Translations under genes and position numbers: made by a program
Source: Wenzhouxiangella sp. AB-CW3
Lineage (GTDB): Bacteria; Pseudomonadota; Gammaproteobacteria; Xanthomonadales; Wenzhouxiangellaceae
NCBI RefSeq assembly: GCF_014725735.1
Contig: NZ_CP061368.1
Span: 363,225 to 387,224, forward strand
Length of the DNA stretch: 24,000 nt
Direction: 5' to 3'
Notes under the pieces: model-generated
The model's input: the letters and a program-made list of their open reading frames with translations, nothing else
What the model was told of the DNA's origin: nothing
Databases searched by the model: none
Shown here: one piece after another, positions 14,520-21,933 of the stretch
How positions within the stretch are numbered: the first letter of the stretch is position 1
Layout of the letters: each line of letters begins with the position of its first letter

Positions 14520-16019
14520 TCACCGTCTTACGTCTCCCATCTTACGTCTCCCGTCTTCCGTCTCCCGTCTCCCGTCATCGCCAATCGCCACGCACACATT
14601 CTTCGGCTCGGTAAAAAACCGCATCGCCTCGAAGCCGCCTTCCTTGCCCAGGCCGGAGGCCTTGTGGCCGCCGAAGGGGGTTCTCAGGTCGCGTTTCATC
14701 CAGCAGTTGATCCAGATGATGCCGGCCTCCAGGCGCGCGGCCATGCGGTGAGCGCGGTCGATGTCGCGGGTCCAGACCGACGCGGCCAGGCCGTAGTCGA
14801 CGCCGTTGGCGATCGCCAGCGCTTCTTCTTCGTCGATGAAGGGGATCAATGTGGCCACCGGGCCGAACACCTCGGCCTGGTTGATGTCGGCTTCCGGTCC
14901 CAGGCCATCGATCAGGGTCGGTTCGATGAACCAGCCGTCGTCGCAGCGCCCGCCCGGTCGGCCGGGCTTTCCGCCGACCAGAACCTGTCCGCCGGCCTCG
15001 CGAGCCTGCTCGATATGGCCCATGACCTTGTCGAACTGGACCTTCGAAACCACCGCGCCCTGGTCGGTGCCGGTCTCCAGTGGATCGCCGACGACCAGCT
15101 TGCCGGTGCGCTCGATGAGCTTGTCGCGGAAAGTCTTGTAGATGTCTTCCTGCACCAGGATGCGCGAGCCGCAAAGGCAGATCTGGCCCTGGTTGGAAAA
15201 CGCCGCTCGCACGACTTCATCGGCCGTGGCGTCGAGATCGACATCGTCGAACACGACCGTCGGGTTCTTGCCGCCCATTTCCAGCGCCAGCTTGACGAAG
15301 CGCGGCGAGAGTTCGGCGGCCAGCATCCCTCCGACTCGGGTCGAGCCGGTGAAGGTCAGCGCCTTGAGCGCGCGGTGGGATGACAGCGCCCTGCCGGCGC
15401 TGTCGCCGGAACCGTGCACGATGTTGAGCACGCCGGCCGGAAAGCCGATTTCTTCGGCAATGCGCGCCAGCATCCAGGCACTGGCAGGCGTGACCTCGGA
15501 AGGCTTGGCCACCACCGTGTTGCCGGCGGCCAGTGCCGGCGCGATCTTCCAGCTCATCAGATAAAGCGGCAGGTTCCACGGCGAGATGGCGCCGACCACG
15601 CCCAGCGGTTGGCGCAGGGTGTAGTTGAAGCCGGACGGCCCCATGTCGTGCGCTTCGCTGAAGAACTGGCTGGCCGAGGCGGCGAAGAAGCGCAGGTTGC
15701 TGACCACCCGCGGGATATCGACTGAGGCGGCGAGCGCCAGCGGTTTGCCGGTATCGATGCTCTCGGCGCGGGCTAGCTCGTCGGCATGACGCTCGACGGC
15801 ATCGGCCAGCCGGTTGAGCCAGTGCGCACGCTCATCGGGCAGCAGCGCCGACCAGTCGCCGAAGGCACTTTCGGCAGCCGCCATGGCCTGGCCGATATCG
15901 TACTGGCCGGATTCTGCGACGGTCGCGTATTCCGCCCCGGTGGCCGGCTCGAATACCGGCAGAGTCTTGCCGGTTTGGGCCGGGGCAAACTCGCCGCCGA
16001 TGTAGTTCTCGACGCGCAT
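14520..16019 (-). CDS. NAD-dependent aldehyde dehydrogenase, putative 2-aminomuconate-6-semialdehyde dehydrogenase
   Basis: ALDH catalytic motifs LEMGGKNP and GQICLCGSR, plus NAD-binding FTGSTRVG. The ATG at 16019 abuts the SDR stop (16022-16020). Substrate is assigned from operon context. The last about 19 codons are repeat-encoded (see findings). Confidence 0.88.
   Translation of the reverse strand: MRVENYIGGEFAPAQTGKTLPVFEPATGAEYATVAESGQYDIGQAMAAAESAFGDWSALLPDERAHWLNRLADAVERHADELARAESIDTGKPLALAASVDIPRVVSNLRFFAASASQFFSEAHDMGPSGFNYTLRQPLGVVGAISPWNLPLYLMSWKIAPALAAGNTVVAKPSEVTPASAWMLARIAEEIGFPAGVLNIVHGSGDSAGRALSSHRALKALTFTGSTRVGGMLAAELSPRFVKLALEMGGKNPTVVFDDVDLDATADEVVRAAFSNQGQICLCGSRILVQEDIYKTFRDKLIERTGKLVVGDPLETGTDQGAVVSKVQFDKVMGHIEQAREAGGQVLVGGKPGRPGGRCDDGWFIEPTLIDGLGPEADINQAEVFGPVATLIPFIDEEEALAIANGVDYGLAASVWTRDIDRAHRMAARLEAGIIWINCWMKRDLRTPFGGHKASGLGKEGGFEAMRFFTEPKNVCVAIGDDGRRETEDGRRKMGDVRR
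14523..14578. repeat. Heptamer tandem array, + strand CCGTCTY-like x8 (mRNA sense GAGACGG), encoding the C-terminal tail of the aldehyde dehydrogenase
   Basis: Units: CCGTCTT ACGTCTC CCATCTT ACGTCTC CCGTCTT CCGTCTC CCGTCTC CCGTCAT. The whole array lies inside the 3' end of ORF 14520..16019. Confidence 0.92.
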
Positions 16020-16796
16020 CTACAGACTGCCGAGCCGGCCGCCGTCGACCGGCAGGTTGATTCCGGTGATGTAGCCGGCCAGCGGTGAGCACAAGAATGC
16101 GATGGCCGCGGCAGTCTCTTCCGGCTTGCAGAAGCGGCCCAGCGGCACGCCGGCAAGCATGGTCTTCTGTACCTGGTCTTCGCTGGTGTCCTGCGACTTC
16201 GCCTTGCCGGCCACCAGGCTGTCCAGACGCGGCGTCTCGGTAAAGCCGGGCAGGACGTTGTTGACCGTGATGCCGTCGGGGCCCAGTTCACGCGACAGCG
16301 TCTTGGCCCAGGCCGCCACCGCGCCGCGAACTGTATTGGACACGCCCAGCCCGGGAATCGGTTCTTTCACCGAGGTCGAAATGATGTTGACGATACGCCC
16401 GTAGCCGGCTTCGCGCATGCCCGGCACCAGCGCCTGGGCCAGGCGTTGACCGGCGATGAGATGCTGGTGAAAACCGACTTCGAACTCGTCCGGGTGGGCA
16501 TCGATGGCCCGCCCGGCTGGTGGTCCGCCGGAGTTGTGAATCAGAATGTGGTAGTGCCTGTCGCTCAGGTTCTCCAGACCGTCGGCTAGTGCCGCGGGGT
16601 CTCCGAGGTCCAGCGCAAGAAGATCGTGCCCGTCGCCCGGCAGAGTCTGATGGACGGCAGCAAGACGCTCCTTGTTGCGCGACAGCAAGGTGACTGTGGC
16701 GCCGCAGTCTGCAAGAGTCGAGGCGGTCGCTGCACCGATACCCTGACTGGCTCCGCAGATCAGGGCTCGTCGGCCCGATAGATCCAGGTTCAACAT
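16020..16796 (-). CDS. Short-chain dehydrogenase/reductase family protein with a non-canonical active site
   Basis: Rossmann motif ALICGASQGIGAA, then NSGGP and IVNIISTS. At the position where YxxxK is expected the sequence reads S-N-T-V-R (GVSNTVRGAVAAWAK). It is the first gene of the minus-strand operon. Confidence 0.8.
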   Translation of the reverse strand: MLNLDLSGRRALICGASQGIGAATASTLADCGATVTLLSRNKERLAAVHQTLPGDGHDLLALDLGDPAALADGLENLSDRHYHILIHNSGGPPAGRAIDAHPDEFEVGFHQHLIAGQRLAQALVPGMREAGYGRIVNIISTSVKEPIPGLGVSNTVRGAVAAWAKTLSRELGPDGITVNNVLPGFTETPRLDSLVAGKAKSQDTSEDQVQKTMLAGVPLGRFCKPEETAAAIAFLCSPLAGYITGINLPVDGGRLGSL

Positions 16797-17087
16797 GGTG
16801 TTTGGATGACTTGTGAATATGACAGGAATTCGAGGTTATCACAGCTCAGAAAGGACCTGAATCGGGCTGGCCCTGGTTTTTCCTCCCGCGTACCTTGGCT
16901 CAGATTTCGGGGTGTCCGACACGCTTGTGGAGGCAAACTGTGATGTGCCTTTCCGTTTGGCCCCAGGTGATCTGCGCCTTCACATTCGATAGCTTTCATG
17001 TAGATAGACTGCCGCCTCGATTGGGACGCCTCGACGTCCTGAATTCTGCTGACCTGAAGAGTTGGCGCAGCCATTGAGGAGGTAAGA

Positions 17088-17465
17088 ATGGAAATCATCA
17101 AGTTCGGTAATGACAATATCGAGAACACACTGGCCAAGATGAAAGACAGTGAACTCGACGATCTCGCTTTCGGTGCCATTCAGTTGGACGCCGCCGGAAC
17201 GATTCTTCAGTACAACGCTGCCGAGGGAGACATCACCGGGCGTGATCCAAAAGCCGTGATCGGCAAGAACTTCTTCAGGGATGTAGCGCCATGTACGGAC
17301 TCCAGAGAGTTTCGCGGCAGGTTTGAAGACGGTGTCAAGGATGGCAACCTGAACTCCATGTTCGAGTATGTCTTCGATTACGAAATGCAGCCGACCAAGG
17401 TCAAGGTCCACATGAAGACCAGCCTGTCAGGTGACAGCTACTGGGTGTTCGTCAAGCGAGTCTGA
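17088..17465 (+). CDS. pyp: Photoactive yellow protein (PAS-fold blue-light photoreceptor)
   Basis: 125 aa, colinear with Halorhodospira halophila PYP as I remember it (..[79 protein letters not shown]). Tyr42, Glu46, Thr50, Arg52 and the chromophore Cys69 (TGT 17292-17294) are all present. A strong GAGGAGG lies upstream. Confidence 0.97.
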   Translation: MEIIKFGNDNIENTLAKMKDSELDDLAFGAIQLDAAGTILQYNAAEGDITGRDPKAVIGKNFFRDVAPCTDSREFRGRFEDGVKDGNLNSMFEYVFDYEMQPTKVKVHMKTSLSGDSYWVFVKRV

Positions 17466-17619
17466 TGTTCTATGCAGTCAAGCCGTGACCGCATTAATAA
17501 CCAGCAACGCTGGTCTCAATAGTCATGGTCGCTGCCTTTTGGGAGATCATTGGCGCTGAACTCAGAGAGCAGAACTGCTGCCAGTGATTGCTTCAACTGC
17601 CTGTCATAAGGGGTGATAC

Positions 17620-18807
17620 TTGGAACTTGATGCCCATCTGCTTCGCCCGGTGATCGCCAGTCTGATCACGGATGAACTGGCCGATATGCGAGGTGTCGGT
17701 CGGCTTGACCTTTCATCCGGCAGTTGGAATGGAGCCACCGTCATCGGTAGCGATGAGCTTCCCGTTGACTCCATCGAGATGGTCTCGTTGGCCACGAGCT
17801 GCGCCGAGTTGTTCGGGCTGCAGGAAACGGGGGCTGGCGACTACCTGCTTCGCTATCGATCCATAGCCGAGTGGGCAGAGCTGGCCGTCGACGGCATTCG
17901 GGATACCGGGATGGTGTCGTTCCGCACCTCTGGCACGACCGGCAACGCCAAGACAGTGTCCCATCGGCTGGTCGATCTTGAGCAGGAAGTAGTGGAGTTA
18001 ACTCATCTCGTGCTCGGCGTCCGACGAATGGTCTCCCTGGTGCCCGCCCATCATATCTACGGTTTCCTGTTCACCGTGCTTTTACCAATGCATCTGGGAC
18101 TGCCGGTCAACCGGGACGGGTGCTTGTCCGGTCTTCCTCCCCGGCATCTCGAGTCCGGTGACTGGCTGATTGGTTTCCCTCTTCGCTGGCGCCAGATCAA
18201 ACGCTTGCGGCGGGAAATTCCTTCTGGTGTTTCGGCAGTCACATCGACCTCGCCCTGTCCTTCCGAGCTGGTGCAAGACATGAAGAGTCTGGGCCTTGAT
18301 CGCATGCTGGCCATATACGGTGCGACGGAGACTGCAGGCGTTGGATACCGATTCGATGCGGAACAGCCTTATACCCTGTTTGACTACTGGAGCTGGTCCG
18401 GAAGCAGGCTGCATCGTTGCTGCAAGGATGGCCGACTGATCGAGATTGAACCCGAAGATGAGCTGGCGTTCGAGAACGATGGTCAATTCCGGCCCATGGG
18501 CAGAAAGGACACGGTGGTTCAGGTGGCCGGCAGGAATGTGCGTCCGGAACATGTGGCTGCCCGCATCACTGCTCATCCCCTGGTTGAACGTTGTAGTGTG
18601 GAGTTGGACACAACCCGGGATGAGCCTCGCCTGACTGCTTCGATCATTCTGGTATCCAATGCCAGTGCCACCGACGCGGAGTCTGTGTTGCATCGCTGGG
18701 CACAGGAGAAGCTCAACAGTGCCGAACGCCCGATGCGCTGGACTTTTGCCGGAGAATTGCCGGCCACGGCTACGGGCAAAACACGCGGCTGGAGCCTGTC
18801 GTCTTGA
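17620..18807 (+). CDS. pcl: p-coumarate-CoA ligase (adenylate-forming enzyme for the PYP chromophore)
   Basis: AMP-binding core motifs TSGTTGNAKTV and YGATETAG. About 395 aa, short for the family, as known for pCL. TTG start at 17620. It is sandwiched between pyp and tal. The substrate is inferred from context. Confidence 0.85.
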   Translation: MELDAHLLRPVIASLITDELADMRGVGRLDLSSGSWNGATVIGSDELPVDSIEMVSLATSCAELFGLQETGAGDYLLRYRSIAEWAELAVDGIRDTGMVSFRTSGTTGNAKTVSHRLVDLEQEVVELTHLVLGVRRMVSLVPAHHIYGFLFTVLLPMHLGLPVNRDGCLSGLPPRHLESGDWLIGFPLRWRQIKRLRREIPSGVSAVTSTSPCPSELVQDMKSLGLDRMLAIYGATETAGVGYRFDAEQPYTLFDYWSWSGSRLHRCCKDGRLIEIEPEDELAFENDGQFRPMGRKDTVVQVAGRNVRPEHVAARITAHPLVERCSVELDTTRDEPRLTASIILVSNASATDAESVLHRWAQEKLNSAERPMRWTFAGELPATATGKTRGWSLSS

Positions 18808-20381
18808 GTCTCGTTCGGGTAGACGGTGCCCCTCTTTCGACAAACCACATCGAACAGATTGCCCAGGGCGCTCGGGTTCAGATCGGTCGGCGCATTCTAA
18901 TTGCAGCGGGACAACAACGACATCGTCTCGACGAATTGATCGATCAGCGCCGACTGATCTACGGCGTCACCACGGGCTACGGCCCGCTGGCGGGGCGTCA
19001 TATCGACCCTTCGCGATCGGGAGAACTGCAACGCAACCTGATCTATCACCTGGCCAGCGGCACCGGCCCGCCGCTCGAGCGCCGCGCGGTGCGGGCGATC
19101 ATGGCAGTGCGCCTGAACACCCTGGCCCAGGGTTACTCCGCCGTCCGACCCGAAACCCTGGAGATGCTGGCTGCATGGTTGAATGCAGACATCGTTCCGA
19201 TCGTTCCGGCCAGGGGGACCGTGGGGGCCAGCGGCGACCTGACGCCGCTGGCCCATATCGCCCTGGCCCTGATGGGCGAAGCCGAGGTCTGTGACAACGG
19301 ACAACGCCGCCCGGCGGCATCGGCCATTACCGAGCGGGGCTGGCAGCCGCTCAAGCCGGAAGCAAAGGATGCGTTGGGGCTGGTCAACGGCACGGCTGCC
19401 ATGACGGGGATCGCGGCATTGAACGGACAGGCTGCCCTGCGTAGTGTTGACCTTGCGCTTCGCTGCACCGTGGCCTATGCCGAGTGCCTGCAGGGACAGC
19501 TCGAGGCCTGGGACCCTGCGTTCGGCGTCATGCGTCCCCATTCGGGGCAGCAGGAAGCCCATGAACGCCTGCTGAAGCTTGCTGCGGGCAGCCAGCGTCT
19601 CATCCCTGGTCAGCCGAGGTATCTCCGGTCCGCGGTCGAGCAATCCAGTCCCGTCCACGACAGCCGGTCACTGCTGCAGGATCCCTACACCATCCGTTGT
19701 GCACCCCAACTCTTCGGGGCGGTTCTGGATGTCATCGAATTCCACAACAGTACCGTTGATCGGGAGATCAACTCGGTCACGGACAACCCTGTGTTCGATC
19801 CGGAAGCCGATGCCGTGCTGCATGGCGGAAATTTCTACGGTCAACATGTCGCCTTTGCCGCCGACAGCCTGACCAACGCAGTCATCAAGACAGCCGTGCA
19901 TTCCGAGCGTATGGTCGCTCGACTGACTGATGAAAATCAGAATGGTGAACTACCTGCTTTCCTGCAGGGCCTGAGCACCGGCCTGCACAGCGGCCTGATG
20001 GGCGCGCAGGTCACGGCCTCTGCCATCGTTGCCGAGCTGAGGAGTCTGGCCCATCCGGCCTCCATCCAGTCGGTGCCCACCAATGCCAACAACCAGGACG
20101 TGGTCACCATGGGCACGATTGCCGCACGCAAGACTGCCGAGGTGCTGACCCAGACCCGGGAGCTGCAGTCCATCGCGGCCATCACCATGGCCCAGGGGGT
20201 TGATCTTGTCGGCTCGGATGGTTTCGCTCCAGCCACTGTGGCATTGCGCGACTGGGTGCGGGACTACTCGCCTGCCATTTCCACGGATCGCCCACTTTAC
20301 GGCGACATCGAGAGGGTCGGGCAGGCGCTGCATGATGCCGCCGGTCAGCCGATTGACCGCATTAGTAATCTCGACCGATAA
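18804..20381 (+). CDS. tal: Tyrosine ammonia-lyase (MIO-dependent aromatic amino-acid ammonia-lyase)
   Basis: MIO-forming triad in GTVGASGDLTPLAH. The family motif GVTTGYGPLA is present. NLIYHLASG carries the His-Leu pair at the selectivity position described for Rhodobacter TAL (Phe-Leu in PAL, Ser-His in HAL). The TTG start overlaps the pcl stop (TTGA, 18804-18807). Confidence 0.88.
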   Translation: MSLVRVDGAPLSTNHIEQIAQGARVQIGRRILIAAGQQRHRLDELIDQRRLIYGVTTGYGPLAGRHIDPSRSGELQRNLIYHLASGTGPPLERRAVRAIMAVRLNTLAQGYSAVRPETLEMLAAWLNADIVPIVPARGTVGASGDLTPLAHIALALMGEAEVCDNGQRRPAASAITERGWQPLKPEAKDALGLVNGTAAMTGIAALNGQAALRSVDLALRCTVAYAECLQGQLEAWDPAFGVMRPHSGQQEAHERLLKLAAGSQRLIPGQPRYLRSAVEQSSPVHDSRSLLQDPYTIRCAPQLFGAVLDVIEFHNSTVDREINSVTDNPVFDPEADAVLHGGNFYGQHVAFAADSLTNAVIKTAVHSERMVARLTDENQNGELPAFLQGLSTGLHSGLMGAQVTASAIVAELRSLAHPASIQSVPTNANNQDVVTMGTIAARKTAEVLTQTRELQSIAAITMAQGVDLVGSDGFAPATVALRDWVRDYSPAISTDRPLYGDIERVGQALHDAAGQPIDRISNLDR

Positions 20382-20433
20382 GAACGCCTATGCTTCACTG
20401 GTCATTGATGAAGACTCGTTGCAAGATGGCACC

Positions 20434-20664
20434 ATGCCGCGCTACATCCTCGACCTGGACATCAGTGCCGAAACCTACCTGAGTTACTACCAGGGCAGGG
20501 CGGCCACCGTATTCGCTGTCGACCGCCAGGGCCGACGCCTGCGCTTCCCGGCCATGGCCCTGCGCAACCACATCACCCACACCGGCATCCACGGCACCTT
20601 CTGCCTGGAGACCGACGACAATCACCGGCTGGTCGGGTTTCGTCGACTGAAGTCATCGTGGTGA
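20434..20664 (+). CDS. DUF2835-family small protein
   Basis: The track ORF 20200..20664 overlaps tal for its first about 60 codons. From ATG 20434 the 76-aa product MPRYILDLDISAETYLSYYQGRAATVFAVDRQGRRLRFPAMALRNHITHTGIHGTFCLETDDNHRLVGFRRL fits the DUF2835 pattern as I recall it (y.F.L.IS.e.yL.yYqG....V.v....GrrlqfPa..lr.f.t..Gi.G.F.l). Confidence 0.65.
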   Translation: MPRYILDLDISAETYLSYYQGRAATVFAVDRQGRRLRFPAMALRNHITHTGIHGTFCLETDDNHRLVGFRRLKSSW

Positions 20665-20900
20665 CCCTGCAAAACCTGCATTGTTGGCAGGCCTTCGTCG
20701 AAATACTGAACGAATGCGCATCTGCCCGGAATTAATTCGCCGTCGCTCGCTGTCTACCAAAACGCTCCCAAGGAGTCTCAGCCATTCGCAAAGAGATGAC
20801 TGATCCCAGAATCAAGAACGGCCCTGGCTACCGGGGAGCATTGGGCCCGATCCGAGTTCTGCGGTAAGCTTTGCCCCGAATAATCAGCTTAGGAAAAATC

Positions 20901-21902
20901 ATGACGCTCTGGATGGTGCGCTCGGCTTCAGGTGGCCGATTGGCCGATGAGTTCGTGGAGAAGGGGGTGGTGGCGTTGGGTGCCTCTCCGATAGGTGATC
21001 TGGCGTGTTTTTCGGACAAGCAGGGCATTCTGGACGCCCTGGAACAGCTCCGCCCCGACTTCAAGCCGGGTAAGCTTCAGGCTGCGGCGAGCCAGTGGAT
21101 TCGTTTCCGGGACGAAATCCAGCCCGGAGACAAGGTGATCACGTACGATTCAAGCCGTCGCGTCTACCACGTTGGAGAAATTTCCAGCGACTACCAGCAC
21201 GAGCCCGGCATCGTCGCTGAGTTCCAGCATTTTCGTTCCGTAGAGTGGAAGGGAGAGGTCGATCGCGATGTGTTGTCGGCCCGTGCCCGCAATTCCCTCG
21301 GGTCGACGCTGACTCTTTTTCGGATTCCGGATGACGTGGCCGAGGAGATTCTGGGGGCCTTGTCAGGTCAGCCGGCACCAGCATCAGGACACGAAGGCGC
21401 GGAGAGTGCCGAGGACGAGGACGAGGATGCACTGCTCGAGGGCTACCGGAGCCGGGCGCTGGAGATCATCAAGGACCGGATCAACCGCCTGGGGCATCGA
21501 CAGATGGAACACCTGGTCGCCGGGGTGCTCCGGTCCATGGGCTACAAGACCCGGGTTTCCCGCGAGGGCTCGGATCTGGGCGTCGATATCCTGGCCTCAC
21601 CCGACGGTTTCGGTTTCGAATCGCCGCGCATCATCGTGGAGGTGAAGCATCGGTCCGGCACGGCCATCGGCAGCAAGGATATCCGCAACCTGGTCGGGGG
21701 GCGTCACGCCAGCGACAAGGGGCTTTTCGTTTCTACCGGCGGGTTCACAAAGGATGCCCGCTACGAGGCCGATCGTGCGAATATCCCGCTGATGCTGTGG
21801 GATCTGGATGACCTGGTTCAGGCGCTCATCGAGAATTACGACAACGCCGATCAGGAAACCCGTACGCTGATCCCGCTGACCCGGCTGTTCTGGCCGGTTT
21901 GA
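20901..21902 (+). CDS. Mrr-type (PD-(D/E)xK) restriction endonuclease with an N-terminal recognition-like domain
   Basis: ATG 20901 follows AGGAAA (the track ORF starts at 20871). The C-terminal Mrr_cat-like core is GSDLGVDILA ... IIVEVKHRSG ... GLFVSTGGFT. The N-terminal about 150 aa (MTLWMVRSASGG...GDKVITYDS..RVYHVGEI...FRSVEWKGEV) resemble the N-domain commonly fused to such nucleases next to type I R-M loci. Confidence 0.8.
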   Translation: MTLWMVRSASGGRLADEFVEKGVVALGASPIGDLACFSDKQGILDALEQLRPDFKPGKLQAAASQWIRFRDEIQPGDKVITYDSSRRVYHVGEISSDYQHEPGIVAEFQHFRSVEWKGEVDRDVLSARARNSLGSTLTLFRIPDDVAEEILGALSGQPAPASGHEGAESAEDEDEDALLEGYRSRALEIIKDRINRLGHRQMEHLVAGVLRSMGYKTRVSREGSDLGVDILASPDGFGFESPRIIVEVKHRSGTAIGSKDIRNLVGGRHASDKGLFVSTGGFTKDARYEADRANIPLMLWDLDDLVQALIENYDNADQETRTLIPLTRLFWPV

Positions 21903-21933
21903 AGTCCCGCAGAAAAAGGAATTCACGACAACC

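Noticed and set aside
16979-17006. Possible sigma-70 promoter for pyp (TTCACA, 16 nt, TAGATA), and a similar TTAATA-17-TAGATA upstream of kynA (about 7115-7156)
   Set aside because: These are by-eye hexamer matches only, in AT-richer spacers where such matches arise by chance. There is no transcription start evidence, so neither is reported as a feature.
17466-17619. Intrinsic terminator or small RNA between pyp and pcl
   Set aside because: Only weak 4-5-bp stems are present (CCAGC-AAC-GCTGG, GCAG-AA-CTGC), with no following T-tract. This is insufficient to call a terminator or an ncRNA.
20200-20433. N-terminal 78 codons of track ORF 20200..20664
   Set aside because: This part overlaps the 3' end of tal in another frame and has no family resemblance. 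The DUF2835-like sequence begins at ATG 20434.
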